Origin: a virus
Lineage: Duplodnaviria; Heunggongvirae; Uroviricota; Caudoviricetes
Strand: one strand, 5' to 3'
Virus record (IMG/VR): IMGVR_UViG_3300031857_016701
Location: 64,001-108,719 of that record
DNA length: 44,719 nucleotides
Below the pieces are notes generated by a model. It was not told where the DNA came from and ran no database searches. It was given only the letters and a program-made list of their open reading frames with translations. The translations under genes were made by a program, and so were the position numbers. Positions 1 to 10,832 of this stretch are shown piece by piece. Position 1 is the stretch's first letter. Each line of letters begins with the position of its first letter.

Positions 1-662
1 GTGAAGGAGGATTCGTTGTATGTAATACAAAAATCCAAGAGATTGTTACTCGTAGTTTTCGTGAATGGGGTCGTGGATGTTATTGTGTTGGCAAGAAAGC
101 AAATCTTTTGAAAAATGGTAGTTGTGGTAATAGATTCTCCAATTGGTTGCCAGAATTACCAGATGAAGTATTTGATCATAAATATGTGTATGATGAAATC
201 GGATATAATTTAAAACCAATCGAACTCCAAGCATCCATTGGACTTGAACAGATGAAGAAATTACCAGAAATTCATCGTAGAAGAAAAGAAAATCATGCAA
301 GATTGGTGAATATATTCAAACCTTATGAAGAGTTTTTTATTCTACCAAAGGCAACGGAATTATCCGATCCAAGTTGGTTTGCTTTTGCAGTAACAATTAA
401 GGATAACAATAAATTTAAAAGAAAAGATATCGTTAATCATTTAGAATCAAATAAAATTCAAACTAGACCTTATTTCGCAGGGAATATTATGTTACAGCCT
501 GCATATAACGGTTTAATTGATAAAAATGATGTAATTACAAAATATCCAAATGCAAGAAAAATTACTACAGATACATTTTTCTTAGGTACAAGTCCAGTAA
601 TTACTTCCAACCAATTAGATTACGTCCAAAACACAGTAGAATCATTTTTTAAGACTGTATAA
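1..662 (+). CDS. rfbH: CDP-4-keto-6-deoxyglucose 3-dehydrase (RfbH/DdhC/E1; DegT family), 5'-truncated by window edge
   Basis: The frame is open from position 3 (EGGFVV..RSFREWGRGCYC..SCGNRF), upstream of the track start at 108. It has RfbH signatures DHKYVYDEIGYNLK and QTRPYFAGNIMLQPAY. Confidence 0.85.
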   Translation, partial: EGGFVVCNTKIQEIVTRSFREWGRGCYCVGKKANLLKNGSCGNRFSNWLPELPDEVFDHKYVYDEIGYNLKPIELQASIGLEQMKKLPEIHRRRKENHARLVNIFKPYEEFFILPKATELSDPSWFAFAVTIKDNNKFKRKDIVNHLESNKIQTRPYFAGNIMLQPAYNGLIDKNDVITKYPNARKITTDTFFLGTSPVITSNQLDYVQNTVESFFKTV

Positions 663-665
663 TAT

Positions 666-1583
666 ATGAAAAAAATCGCATGTTTATTTATCAATTTATC
701 CAATGATAGTGATAAAAATTATTCAAAAGACACATTTTTTACACCAAATGCAATTAATAGTTTTAAAAAATGGAATCCTGATGTAGATATACATTTTGTT
801 AACGATTCCAATTTCAAAGAATATTGTGAAAAATTAAAAATTACAGAATATTATGAAAATCTGGGGTTGATGAAAATACATTTAGCAAAAGAATTATTTA
901 ATGTATTAAATTATGATAAAGTTATAAGTATTGGTATAGATACACTTACATGTGCGAGAGTTGATGAATTCATAGATAATGATTCTGACGATTTAATTTG
1001 CACTTTAGGAGCAGCTCACATAGTATCTACTGAATATTTTACTACTCCGATTGAAACATTCGTTGAAAACGACAAAATATATAAAGATATACCTGCAATT
1101 AATGGTGATGTAATTTGTATAAATAATAAAAACGCAGCAGAAACATTATATAACATTTCTCTCAAATATTGGACAGATCATGCTGAACAAGGCGGAATGA
1201 ATTATTGTTACTTGAATCAAAAAGAAGTAGGATTAAAAGTTTCAATCGTGGACTATCCATATTACAAAACAAATGTATTATATAATATTAGATCAAAGGG
1301 AGTTGTTGGAGGATATTGTTTAATTAGAGGTAATGTCTTAGCAGGTAGAAGAGGACCAGTAATATCAAATACATATCCATCTTTACTATTTTATGTAAAT
1401 GAAAATAAATTGTATACAAGAGATAATAAACAAATTAAAATTTTTCATTACTGTGAAGGGTTGGGATGTAAGTTAGAAACAGATGAACTTACATTGGAAG
1501 AACAAATTCATGAAATGAAATACATGTGGTTTAACAAAGAAACCATAGAATTTTTTACATCAAAATGTGATTGTAATTTTTGA
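666..1583 (+). CDS. Putative GT-A fold (GT8-like) glycosyltransferase
   Basis: 305 aa. YDKVISIGIDTLTCARVDEFID resembles the GT8 segment VIxLDAD...LDELF, with a degenerate DxD. Sugar-cluster context. Confidence 0.45.
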   Translation: MKKIACLFINLSNDSDKNYSKDTFFTPNAINSFKKWNPDVDIHFVNDSNFKEYCEKLKITEYYENLGLMKIHLAKELFNVLNYDKVISIGIDTLTCARVDEFIDNDSDDLICTLGAAHIVSTEYFTTPIETFVENDKIYKDIPAINGDVICINNKNAAETLYNISLKYWTDHAEQGGMNYCYLNQKEVGLKVSIVDYPYYKTNVLYNIRSKGVVGGYCLIRGNVLAGRRGPVISNTYPSLLFYVNENKLYTRDNKQIKIFHYCEGLGCKLETDELTLEEQIHEMKYMWFNKETIEFFTSKCDCNF

Positions 1584-1635
1584 AAAATATAAATAAATTT
1601 CAAATATATGTACATATATGTATATATAAATCGTT

Positions 1636-2601
1636 ATGTCAAATCAAAAAATTGTATATATTACTGGATGTTTGGGTTTTATCGGATCTTATGTTACTAA
1701 AGCTTGTTTAGACCAAGGATGGTATGTAAAAGGAATTGATAAAATCACATATGCAGCTCGTAAAGAACTTTTAGAAGAATTTAATAAGAATCCAAAATTT
1801 AGTTTTGAAAAATTGGATATATGTAACATTGAAAGATTAGTTGATTGTGATTATTTCATCAACACTGCGGCTGAGACTCATGTTGATAATTCTATTCGTA
1901 AAAGCGATGATTTTATACACTCCAATATTAATGGTGTATATAATATTCTAGAACTATTAAAAGCATACAAAAAAGAGGGATATGTTACACCAACATTTAT
2001 TCATTTTAGTACTGATGAAGTGTACGGTGATGTAATTGAAGGTGAACATATAGAAACAGACATTCTAAAACCAAGCAATCCATATTCTGCAACAAAAGCT
2101 GCGGCGGATCAATTAATTATTGCGTGGAGCAGAACATATGATTTAAATTATGTTATTGTTAGACCAACTAATAATTATGGTATCGGACAATATGTTGAAA
2201 AATTGATCCCTAAATCATGTAAGTTTATGAAGCTTGGAAGAAAAATTCCTCTTCATAATAATGGTACACCGAAAAGAAATTGGTTACATGCAAAAGATAC
2301 TGCGGAAGGAATCATTACGATCATTAATAATGATGTCAAAAATGAAATTTTCAATATTGCTGGTGGATTTGAACAATCAAATATTATTACAGTAGAAAAA
2401 ATAATTAAAGAATATCTTGGTGAATTGCCAGACTCATACAAAGAAAAATATTTAGATTTGACTATACAAAGAGTTGGTCAAGATGTAAGATATGCATTGA
2501 ATGATTCTAAATTAAGAAATCTAGGATGGTCTCCGAAATGTGAATTTGATATAGAATTAAAAGAAATAGTAAAATTTTATAAAGAAAACTTTATATGGTA
2601 A
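1636..2601 (+). CDS. rfbB: dTDP-glucose 4,6-dehydratase
   Basis: GCLGFIG Rossmann motif, AAETHVDNSI, STDEVYG, PSNPYSATKAA, RPTNNYG, NWLH, GQDVRYALN. Confidence 0.9.
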   Translation: MSNQKIVYITGCLGFIGSYVTKACLDQGWYVKGIDKITYAARKELLEEFNKNPKFSFEKLDICNIERLVDCDYFINTAAETHVDNSIRKSDDFIHSNINGVYNILELLKAYKKEGYVTPTFIHFSTDEVYGDVIEGEHIETDILKPSNPYSATKAAADQLIIAWSRTYDLNYVIVRPTNNYGIGQYVEKLIPKSCKFMKLGRKIPLHNNGTPKRNWLHAKDTAEGIITIINNDVKNEIFNIAGGFEQSNIITVEKIIKEYLGELPDSYKEKYLDLTIQRVGQDVRYALNDSKLRNLGWSPKCEFDIELKEIVKFYKENFIW

Positions 2602-2615
2602 TCAAATATTGATAT

Positions 2616-3161
2616 ATGAAAAAAGCAATTATTATTACTTGGGAAAAATACCAAGATCATGAACTAATCTATCCATTTTACAGTTTAAAAGAAAATGGAT
2701 ATGAAGTAACCGTAATGGCAAATGTAAAAGGAAAAATTTGGGGATCTTTAGGTACGCATATGCCATGCGATATCGAGACTAAAATCTTTAATGATGATCA
2801 AGTAAGACAAAAATATTTAAATGAATACGACATATTAGTTGTACCAGGAGGAGTAAAAGCACTTGAAAAAGTAAGACAAGAAAAAGGAGTTCTAAAATTT
2901 ATTCAAGAATGGAATGTTGCAAACAAAACAATATTTTCTGTATGTAATGGTGCTCAATTGCTAATATCAGCAAAAATCCTTGAAGGAAGAACATTGTCTG
3001 GTTATTATTCAATTGACGTTGATATAGAAAATGCAGGTGCGACATATAGCAGAGATCCAGTAGTTATAGACGGTAATATTATATCTTGTCCTCATTATGA
3101 TTTTATGGGAGATTGGATGAAGACAGGTTATGAAGTACATAATCAAAGATCTAAAAAGTAA
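2616..3161 (+). CDS. DJ-1/PfpI family protein
   Basis: QDHELIYP (ExxE-like), VVPGG, nucleophile elbow VCNGAQLL, VVIDGNIISC. Confidence 0.85.
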   Translation: MKKAIIITWEKYQDHELIYPFYSLKENGYEVTVMANVKGKIWGSLGTHMPCDIETKIFNDDQVRQKYLNEYDILVVPGGVKALEKVRQEKGVLKFIQEWNVANKTIFSVCNGAQLLISAKILEGRTLSGYYSIDVDIENAGATYSRDPVVIDGNIISCPHYDFMGDWMKTGYEVHNQRSKK

Positions 3162-3838
3162 TGAGTCACGATATTAATATTGTAAAAAAACCGTGGGGAT
3201 ATGAATACTTAGTGTATCAAAACAATGATGTAGGACTTTGGTTTTTATATATCGCACCAAATCAATCTACATCAATGCACTGTCATCCCAAAAAAACAAC
3301 AGGTCTTGTATTATTAGACGGTGAAGCAGAAATATCATTTTTAGCAGATAGCAGAAAATTAAAATCGATTGATAAAGTTATGATACGTCGAGGACTTTTT
3401 CATTCAACAAAAGCTATATCAGATAAAGGTGCATTTATATTTGAAATAGAAACTCCAACTGATAAACAAGATTTGGTACGATTAAATGACCAGTATGGTA
3501 GAGAATTTAAACCATATGAAGATTGTTCATTTGAACAGCTTAAAACCGATAATTGTTTATGGATCGAAGAACCAAAATTAGAAAAAGTAAATACATATGA
3601 ATTTTCTAATTGTTTACTAAAAGTAGAATGTATAAATGATATAGAAGTTATAAACAATAAGAAAGATAAAGACATTATTGTATTTTTAAAAGGAGGATTA
3701 TATAGAAATATAGAAGGAAAATCTCATGGAGTTACAATACCAGGAGATGTTGGATTTGCAGAAGTAATTAAAAAAGTATCTACTCAATTAGATGGCATTT
3801 TTTCAGAAACTATAATTATAACTATAACTAAAAATTAA
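3161..3838 (+). CDS. Cupin-domain protein (mannose-6-phosphate isomerase type II C-terminal-like)
   Basis: VKKPWGYEYL, SMHCHPKKT, HST..A and EIETP..DLVRLNDQYGR cupin motifs. Confidence 0.75.
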   Translation: MSHDINIVKKPWGYEYLVYQNNDVGLWFLYIAPNQSTSMHCHPKKTTGLVLLDGEAEISFLADSRKLKSIDKVMIRRGLFHSTKAISDKGAFIFEIETPTDKQDLVRLNDQYGREFKPYEDCSFEQLKTDNCLWIEEPKLEKVNTYEFSNCLLKVECINDIEVINNKKDKDIIVFLKGGLYRNIEGKSHGVTIPGDVGFAEVIKKVSTQLDGIFSETIIITITKN

Positions 3839-3839
3839 A

Positions 3840-4229
3840 ATGGCTAACTTTTATCCGCCTGGGTTTAAAAAAGATAAATCAACCATAGCAATAGATTTTG
3901 ATGGTGTTATACATAACGCCAATCGTGGATGGGGAGACGGAACGTGTTATGGTGATCCTTTACCCGAATCTATCGAATCAATAAAAAAACTTTCAAAAAA
4001 ATACGAAATAATTATTTTTACTGCAAAAGCAAAAAAAGATAGACCATTGGTTAATGGCAAAACAGGAATTGAACTAGTTAGAGAATGGTTAACTAAATAT
4101 GACGTAATAGATTTAGTTAAAGATATAACTAGCGAAAAACCGAGAGCAGAATTATACGTCGATGACAACGGTTACCGTTTTGAAAATTGGACAGATACAC
4201 TAAAATTTATTGACAATAATATATTATGA
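3840..4229 (+). CDS. Small HAD-superfamily phosphatase
   Basis: Motif I IAIDFDGVIH, motif II IFTAK, motif III/IV KPRAELYVDD. Confidence 0.8.
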   Translation: MANFYPPGFKKDKSTIAIDFDGVIHNANRGWGDGTCYGDPLPESIESIKKLSKKYEIIIFTAKAKKDRPLVNGKTGIELVREWLTKYDVIDLVKDITSEKPRAELYVDDNGYRFENWTDTLKFIDNNIL

Positions 4230-5956
4230 AAGTTTCCGATTACATATTCGAATTTTTAAAATCTAAGGGAATCGATACAATTTTTTCTGTTTCCGGAGGA
4301 GCTGCGGCACATTTACTCAATTCAGTAAAAGAAAAAAATATCAAATATATTTGCAATTATCATGAACAGGCGTGTGCAATGGCTGCGGAAGGATATTTTA
4401 GAATTGCAAACAAACCTGCATGTGTATTAGTTACGAATGGTCCGGGTTCTTCTAATACAATAACAGGAGTATTAGGTGCATATCAAGATTCAATTCCAAT
4501 GATAATTATATCGGGTCAAGTTCCTTCTAATCAATCGTTATCTAGTTTGAATAATGTAAACTTAAGACAATTAGGAGTTCAAGAATGCGATATTATTAGT
4601 ATGGTAAAATCTATTACTAAATACGCAGTTCAAATAACCAATCATAATACTATAGTTTATCATTTAGAAGAAGCATATAAACAAGCTACAACAGGCAGAG
4701 GTGGACCTGTTTGGTTAGACATTCCATTAGATGTTCAAAATAAAGAAATAAGTTTAAATGAAACAAATACAAATGAAATCATAGAACAAATTTTTAAATC
4801 TAAACGACCTGTTATTATTACAGGAAATGGTGTACATCTTTCAAAATCGGAAAGTTTATTTAATGAATTAAAAAATATTTTGAAATTACCCGTTATTTCA
4901 ACATGGACTTCTAAAGATTTAATGGATCATAACGATCCACTATTTGTAGGTAACTTTGGACTTCTCGGTGAAAGAGCGGCAAACTTTGCCGTACAAAATG
5001 CAGATTTACTTTTAATCTTGGGCAGTAGAATGTCAATACCCAATATTGGATATCAACATAATTTATTTTCTCCGAATTCTATAAAAATAATGGTTGATGT
5101 AGATTTCAATGAATTGAAAAAACCTACACTAAAAATAGATTATCCAATTAATAAAGATCTTAAAGATTTTATTCTTGATTTTACAAATGAATTAAAAAAC
5201 AAAAATATACCAGATTGGTCTGGTTGGGTAAATAAAACACAAGATTGGAAAAATAAATATCCGGTCTTTCAAAAAGAATATAAAGATAACAAAGACAAAA
5301 TAAATTCATTTTATTTTATGCAAGTATTATCTGAAAAAATCAAAGACAATCATGTCATTGTTACTGATATGGGCGCAAGTTATACTTGCACCATGCAATC
5401 ATTAAGAATGAATGGAAAATCACGATTATTTACTTCTAGTGCTTGTTGTTCTATGGGATTTGGATTGCCAGGAGCTATTGGATCTTATTTTGCAAATCCT
5501 AATAAAGATATTATACTAATAGCCGGTGACGGTGGATTGCAAATGAATATACAAGAACTTCAAACTGTAATCCATAATAAAATACCTATTAAAATATTTG
5601 TATTAAATAATCAAGGATATCTCGCAATTTCATTAATGCAAGATAATTTATTTAAAGGAAATTATATAGGATCAACTAAAAATAGTGGAGTAAGTTCCCC
5701 AGACTTTTGTAAATTGGCAGATGCATATGGATTTAAAACTTATAAATTCAGAAATAACGAAGAACTTGATCTAAATATAGATAAAGTACTTTCCGAAAAT
5801 GTTCCTACATTATGTGAAATTTCAATGATAGAAAATCAACTATTGATACCAAGAGTACAAAGTTCAAAAGACAGTAAAGGCAACATTATATCAAATTCAC
5901 TAGAAAATATGTTTCCATACTTAAGCGAAGAAGAAATGAAAGAAATAATGGAATGA
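4226..5956 (+). CDS. ThDP-dependent acetolactate-synthase-like enzyme, YerE-like (sugar C-branching)
   Basis: HEQACAMAAEGY, TNGPGSSN, GPVWLDIPLDVQ, MGFGLPGAIG and ThDP motif GDGG..N(N). It lies inside an NDP-sugar cluster with RfbH, and no ilvN/ilvC is present. Confidence 0.8.
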   Translation: MKVSDYIFEFLKSKGIDTIFSVSGGAAAHLLNSVKEKNIKYICNYHEQACAMAAEGYFRIANKPACVLVTNGPGSSNTITGVLGAYQDSIPMIIISGQVPSNQSLSSLNNVNLRQLGVQECDIISMVKSITKYAVQITNHNTIVYHLEEAYKQATTGRGGPVWLDIPLDVQNKEISLNETNTNEIIEQIFKSKRPVIITGNGVHLSKSESLFNELKNILKLPVISTWTSKDLMDHNDPLFVGNFGLLGERAANFAVQNADLLLILGSRMSIPNIGYQHNLFSPNSIKIMVDVDFNELKKPTLKIDYPINKDLKDFILDFTNELKNKNIPDWSGWVNKTQDWKNKYPVFQKEYKDNKDKINSFYFMQVLSEKIKDNHVIVTDMGASYTCTMQSLRMNGKSRLFTSSACCSMGFGLPGAIGSYFANPNKDIILIAGDGGLQMNIQELQTVIHNKIPIKIFVLNNQGYLAISLMQDNLFKGNYIGSTKNSGVSSPDFCKLADAYGFKTYKFRNNEELDLNIDKVLSENVPTLCEISMIENQLLIPRVQSSKDSKGNIISNSLENMFPYLSEEEMKEIME

Positions 5957-6786
5957 ATATATTAGTTACAGGTGCAAGCGGTTTTATTGGGTCTAATGTA
6001 ATAGAATTATTATCAAATAATACCGATTTTAATTTTTTTAAAGGTACTAGAAATAATATAGATTTATATTCAGTTGACAGTATAGAAAAATATCTAGATG
6101 AAAATAAAATAGATACCGTAATTCATTGTGCAATTGAAGGTGGAAGTAGATTAAAACAAGATACAAGTGATATATTTTATAGAAACATATTAATATATGA
6201 AAATTTAATCAAATTTAATCATAGATACAAAGTATTCATTAATTTTGGTTCTGGTGCAGAGTTCGATAGAAAATATGATATATCAAATGTAAATGAATAT
6301 GATATGTTTGGTGTAGTACCTACAGATTTTTATGGATTATCCAAAAATATTATTTCAAAACTATCTGTACATTATTGTGCAAGTGTTAACCTTAGAATAT
6401 TTGGTTGTTTTTATCACAATGAATTATCTACTAGATTTATAAAGAATAATATTAACAAGTATATTAACCATAAATCAATGATCATACATCAAGACCGATA
6501 TATGGATTTCTTTTATATGGATGATTTGATAAATATAATAGAATATTCTTTGAATAATCCGCCTTCAACATATAAAGACATTAATATGTCATATTTAAAA
6601 AAATATAAACTAAGTGACATAACAAGTATAATTAATGACTTATCATCATATAAAGTAGATGTAATTATAGAAAATGAAAATTTTGGACTTAATTATACAG
6701 GAAACGGAGAGTTATTGAATTCATTAAATTTAAAACTAAAAGGTCTTGAACTTGGTATTAAAGAATGTTATCATAAGTCATTATGA
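5953..6786 (+). CDS. NAD-dependent epimerase/dehydratase/reductase (extended SDR)
   Basis: GASGFIG, FGSGAEF, YGLSK (YxxxK), LRIFGCF, RYMDFFYMDD. ATGA overlap with the ThDP enzyme gene. Confidence 0.85.
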   Translation: MNILVTGASGFIGSNVIELLSNNTDFNFFKGTRNNIDLYSVDSIEKYLDENKIDTVIHCAIEGGSRLKQDTSDIFYRNILIYENLIKFNHRYKVFINFGSGAEFDRKYDISNVNEYDMFGVVPTDFYGLSKNIISKLSVHYCASVNLRIFGCFYHNELSTRFIKNNINKYINHKSMIIHQDRYMDFFYMDDLINIIEYSLNNPPSTYKDINMSYLKKYKLSDITSIINDLSSYKVDVIIENENFGLNYTGNGELLNSLNLKLKGLELGIKECYHKSL

Positions 6787-7733
6787 ATATTAAAATAATG
6801 ATGCATATAATGCCATGGGAAATAGATCATGCACTATTAATCGCAAATAAATTAAAACAATCAAGTTTTTATATAAATTCAAATGATAAAATTTATGTAG
6901 ATACTGTTTTAAATCTATCATCAAAAATAATTGATTGGGATGTATCAATTCTAAAAAAAGAATATTTCATCGATAAATACAATATATTCATTAATATTTT
7001 AAAATCAAACTTAATTCACCAATCAAAAATATATGATGGTGATTTAATTTATGGACATTTGAATCTTCAAAAAGAAGCAGTGTCAAAAGACATTGATGCG
7101 TATATTGCAATTTGTCCTGATATTCATTTTAATGAACATTTACTGTATTATTTAATTGATGCGGCAAAACAAATAGAAAATGAATATTTTTTAATTACAC
7201 CTCAAATTTTTAGATGTTGGGATGATACATGGGATTGTTTAGTTCATGATAAATTTAAAAATATTTCTTGTAGTCAATGTATTGATGTTGACATTCACGA
7301 AATAGAATATCATACAAGAAATTTTGATGGTCCTGAACTTCATAAAATGAATCAATTTAAATTTGCTGGATGGTTTGATTTATATAGTAAAAATTTCTAT
7401 GAAAAATTAGTTCCTGTATTACCGGAATGGAATGGGTATGGTCCTTGGGATTTTTATTCAATGACTATATGTAATCTTGCAAAACAATATGGCGTAGATG
7501 TACAAGAATACGTATTAACAAATCAAGTAATATGGTTTTATGATGTTGGCAGCATTCGTAATTTTGAAAATTACGGAGGCGATGGTCAGTTAAAATCGTT
7601 TTATAAAAAACAGTTAAGTCTAAAGTTAGATAGAACTGAACAGAAAGCAAATATAGAAAAGAATTTTAATAATCACATTAAAAATTGGCATAATTATGCT
7701 ATAGAAAATAAGATTATTTCCATAAAAAATTAA
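6783..7733 (+). CDS. Putative glycosyltransferase (GT-A/GT2-like)
   Basis: [19 protein letters not shown] and [10 protein letters not shown] resemble GT-A elements. Operonic context. Confidence 0.45.
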   Translation: MNIKIMMHIMPWEIDHALLIANKLKQSSFYINSNDKIYVDTVLNLSSKIIDWDVSILKKEYFIDKYNIFINILKSNLIHQSKIYDGDLIYGHLNLQKEAVSKDIDAYIAICPDIHFNEHLLYYLIDAAKQIENEYFLITPQIFRCWDDTWDCLVHDKFKNISCSQCIDVDIHEIEYHTRNFDGPELHKMNQFKFAGWFDLYSKNFYEKLVPVLPEWNGYGPWDFYSMTICNLAKQYGVDVQEYVLTNQVIWFYDVGSIRNFENYGGDGQLKSFYKKQLSLKLDRTEQKANIEKNFNNHIKNWHNYAIENKIISIKN

Positions 7734-7737
7734 AGTT

Positions 7738-8331
7738 ATGTATACAGGTCCAGAGATAAATGAACATTCAGATAGAATTAAAAAAGTAGGAAAAGGTACA
7801 TATGGTCTCAATAATATCTGTATATATTACTGGGATAATGGAAATATAAAACAAGATGGCACACCTTTAAATGAAAAGGCATTCCTAAGTATAGGAAATT
7901 ATTGTTCCATATCAGGACACATTCTTATTTATTTGGGAGGCAATCATCATTATGAATGGGCAACTCAATATCCATTTAATGGATATAACGCTCCTTGGTC
8001 TAAAGGAAATGTTATAATTGGAAACGATGTTTGGATTGGAACTTGTGCCACTATCCATAGCGGAGTAACAATAGGTGATGGAGCAGTAATTGCATCAAAT
8101 GCAATAGTAACTAAAGATGTAGAACCATATAGTATTGTAGGAGGAAACCCCGCAAAGATTATAAAGTATAGATTTCCTAAAGAAATTAGAGAAAAACTTA
8201 TAGAATATAAATGGTGGGACTTTGACGACTATATTATAGAACATATTGTTCCATTATTATGTTCAAACAATTTTCAAGAATTGTTTAGAGTTTTAGATGA
8301 AATCAAACAACAAATTAATAAAAATAAATGA
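7738..8331 (+). CDS. CatB/Vat-related hexapeptide-repeat O-acetyltransferase
   Basis: IGNDVWIG...[38 protein letters not shown]...KWWD. Confidence 0.9.
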   Translation: MYTGPEINEHSDRIKKVGKGTYGLNNICIYYWDNGNIKQDGTPLNEKAFLSIGNYCSISGHILIYLGGNHHYEWATQYPFNGYNAPWSKGNVIIGNDVWIGTCATIHSGVTIGDGAVIASNAIVTKDVEPYSIVGGNPAKIIKYRFPKEIREKLIEYKWWDFDDYIIEHIVPLLCSNNFQELFRVLDEIKQQINKNK

Positions 8332-8897
8332 GTGAAGTTCCAAAAATAGGAATAAACGGGGAATTTATATCCGATAAAGTTGAACATGCATATTGTTGTT
8401 CACTTAGTAAAACTCTTGTAGATTTATTAAAAAATAAATCTGTAGTTGATTTTGGATGTGGTGACGGACGTTACTTAAATGATTTACAACATGTATGTAG
8501 TAAAGTTAAAGGTTATGATGGAAATCCACATACAGAAAAATTAACAAATGGATTGGGAGAATGTTTAGATTTATCGCAACTTCAAAACTTAGACAAATAT
8601 GATTGGGCAATTTCTTTTGAAGTAGGAGAACATATACCCAAAGAATATGAAGATAATTTCATAGACAATTTATGCAATCATTCCAAAGAAGGAATAATTT
8701 TATCGTGGGCAGTTATAGGTCAGCCAGGAGAAGGACATATAAATTGTAGAAATAATGATTATGTAATTCATCAATTTTATAAAAGAAATTTTCTATGCGA
8801 TTTAATGAGAAGTGAATACATTAGAGATGAAACTCCCGTTTCTTGGTTTAAAACAAATACTTTAGTTTTTTATAGAGTAGATCAATTAATAAAATGA
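8328..8897 (+). CDS. Class I SAM-dependent methyltransferase
   Basis: [31 protein letters not shown]. Confidence 0.85.
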   Translation: MSEVPKIGINGEFISDKVEHAYCCSLSKTLVDLLKNKSVVDFGCGDGRYLNDLQHVCSKVKGYDGNPHTEKLTNGLGECLDLSQLQNLDKYDWAISFEVGEHIPKEYEDNFIDNLCNHSKEGIILSWAVIGQPGEGHINCRNNDYVIHQFYKRNFLCDLMRSEYIRDETPVSWFKTNTLVFYRVDQLIK

Positions 8898-9598
8898 AAA
8901 TAAAAATATTCGTAAGACATTGTAATACATCTTCAAATTCAGCAGGTAAAAGAAGAAACAGTTGGTTTTCAAGAGAAAATTGTTGGAAGAATTTAAAATC
9001 AACGATTGATTCTGATACAGATATCACTGTTTTATTTGATGGTGTACCTAATGAAGAACATTTTCTAAATAAAGACAAAGAAGGATATAATCTTGTATCT
9101 AAACATGGAGGAAATGATGGACAGTCATTTTTAAATCTAATTAGATATGCAATAGATCAAAAAGTATCAGACGATACAATTTTCTATTTTTTAGAAGACG
9201 ATTATCTTCATAGACCAGGATGGACTAATATATTAAGAGAAGGATTCCAATATATTGGTGTCGATTATATTACTCTATACGATTGCAAAGATAAATATTT
9301 TCTACCAATGTATGATGAACTACAAAGTAAAGTTATACATACACCAAATATACATTGGAGAACTACGCCTTCTACGACAAATACATATGCGATGTTTGCC
9401 AAAACATTTAAAAAACACTATGAAATTCATAAAGAATACTGTGATTTAGTTAAAGGTTACACCCGTGATCACGAAAAGTTCTTGAGATTATGGAGTGAAG
9501 GGTCTAATCTAGTATCATGTATACCTGGTTATTCAACTCATTGTGAACCAGATTATTTATCACCATGCGTAGATTGGGAATCAGTTTCATTAAAATAA
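8894..9598 (+). CDS. Putative GT-A glycosyltransferase
   Basis: IFYFLEDDYLH DxD-type motif, ITLYD, IPGYSTH. Confidence 0.65.
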   Translation: MKIKIFVRHCNTSSNSAGKRRNSWFSRENCWKNLKSTIDSDTDITVLFDGVPNEEHFLNKDKEGYNLVSKHGGNDGQSFLNLIRYAIDQKVSDDTIFYFLEDDYLHRPGWTNILREGFQYIGVDYITLYDCKDKYFLPMYDELQSKVIHTPNIHWRTTPSTTNTYAMFAKTFKKHYEIHKEYCDLVKGYTRDHEKFLRLWSEGSNLVSCIPGYSTHCEPDYLSPCVDWESVSLK

Positions 9599-9605
9599 AA
9601 GTAAT

Positions 9606-10832
9606 ATGTACAACCATTCAATTATCGATAAGTGTCCAATAACAAATCAAACTGATAAAATCAAATATTTTAGTTTGGGTGATATTCCTTTAGTAAATAA
9701 CTTATGTTCTACAAGAGAAGAATCGTTGACCGCAACTACATTTCCATTAAATGTAAATTATTACCCATCATCGGGTCAATCTAGTCTAGATTTTGCAGTT
9801 GATAGTAGTCTATTGTTTTCAAATTATTTATTTAAATCTCAAGTAAATATACCATATCATACACATTGTAAGAATATGTTTCAATATATTCAAAACTATG
9901 TAGATATTAACGATGACACTAATATAACAGATATTGGAGGTAATGATGGAACACTACTTGAAATATTTAAAAATTCAACAAATAAAAAACTAAATCTTCT
10001 AAATATAGATCCATCGAAAAATTTAACAAAGTTATGTCTTGATAAAGGAATACCAGTTAATGTCAATTTCTTTAATTATGATACATCGTTAACTATTGAC
10101 AAAAAATTTGATGTAATTACTTCTACTAATGTCTTTCAACATTTAAAAGATATTAATAGTTTTGCACAAGGAATAGAACATTTACTATCAAATAAAGGTA
10201 TTTGGTTATTAGAATTTCCATATTGGATACATAACATGGAAACAAATCAATTTGATCAAATTTACCATGAACATATGTATTATCATTCAGTTATTCCTAT
10301 AAAAATGTTAATGGAAAAACACAATTTAAAATTAATCAATATTACCAAACAAAATATGCATGGTGGTTCATTGAGAATGATCATTGCAAAGAAAGACTCG
10401 ACATTAGTTCCAGATAATACAATCAATGAATTTTTATCTTATGAGAAAAAATATACTGTAGATTATTATCTAAACTGGGGGAATAATGTATTTACTCACA
10501 TTAAAAATTCATCTGAATTTCTTAAATCACTTAAAAAAGAAAATAAAACTATTTTTGGATTTGGTGCTGCAGCAAAAGGATGTATTTATCTAAATGCAAT
10601 GGGAATTAATTACAATCAGATTGATTATGTAATTGATGATACAGATATCAAACAAGGCAAATTTATACCAGGAACAGGAATTAAAATTGTATCAAAACAA
10701 ATTTTGAAAGAAAAGACTCCGGATTATATATTAATTCTTGCTCATAATTTCTCTGACTATATTATGAAATCACTCGAAAGTGTTTATAATAATAAATTTA
10801 TCATTTTAGTACCGGAAATTAAAGTTATTTGA
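9606..10832 (+). CDS. NDP-hexose C-methyltransferase (TylC3/EryBIII-like)
   Basis: N-terminal SLGDIPLVNNL, DIGGNDGTLL, NVFQH, FDQIYHEHMYY, HGGSLR and C-terminal GFGAAAKG...IDD...KQGKFIPG. Confidence 0.85.
   Translation: MYNHSIIDKCPITNQTDKIKYFSLGDIPLVNNLCSTREESLTATTFPLNVNYYPSSGQSSLDFAVDSSLLFSNYLFKSQVNIPYHTHCKNMFQYIQNYVDINDDTNITDIGGNDGTLLEIFKNSTNKKLNLLNIDPSKNLTKLCLDKGIPVNVNFFNYDTSLTIDKKFDVITSTNVFQHLKDINSFAQGIEHLLSNKGIWLLEFPYWIHNMETNQFDQIYHEHMYYHSVIPIKMLMEKHNLKLINITKQNMHGGSLRMIIAKKDSTLVPDNTINEFLSYEKKYTVDYYLNWGNNVFTHIKNSSEFLKSLKKENKTIFGFGAAAKGCIYLNAMGINYNQIDYVIDDTDIKQGKFIPGTGIKIVSKQILKEKTPDYILILAHNFSDYIMKSLESVYNNKFIILVPEIKVI

Noticed and set aside
4226-5956. ilvB acetolactate synthase as an amino-acid auxiliary gene
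   Set aside because: There is no small subunit or other ilv gene, and the context is entirely NDP-sugar.
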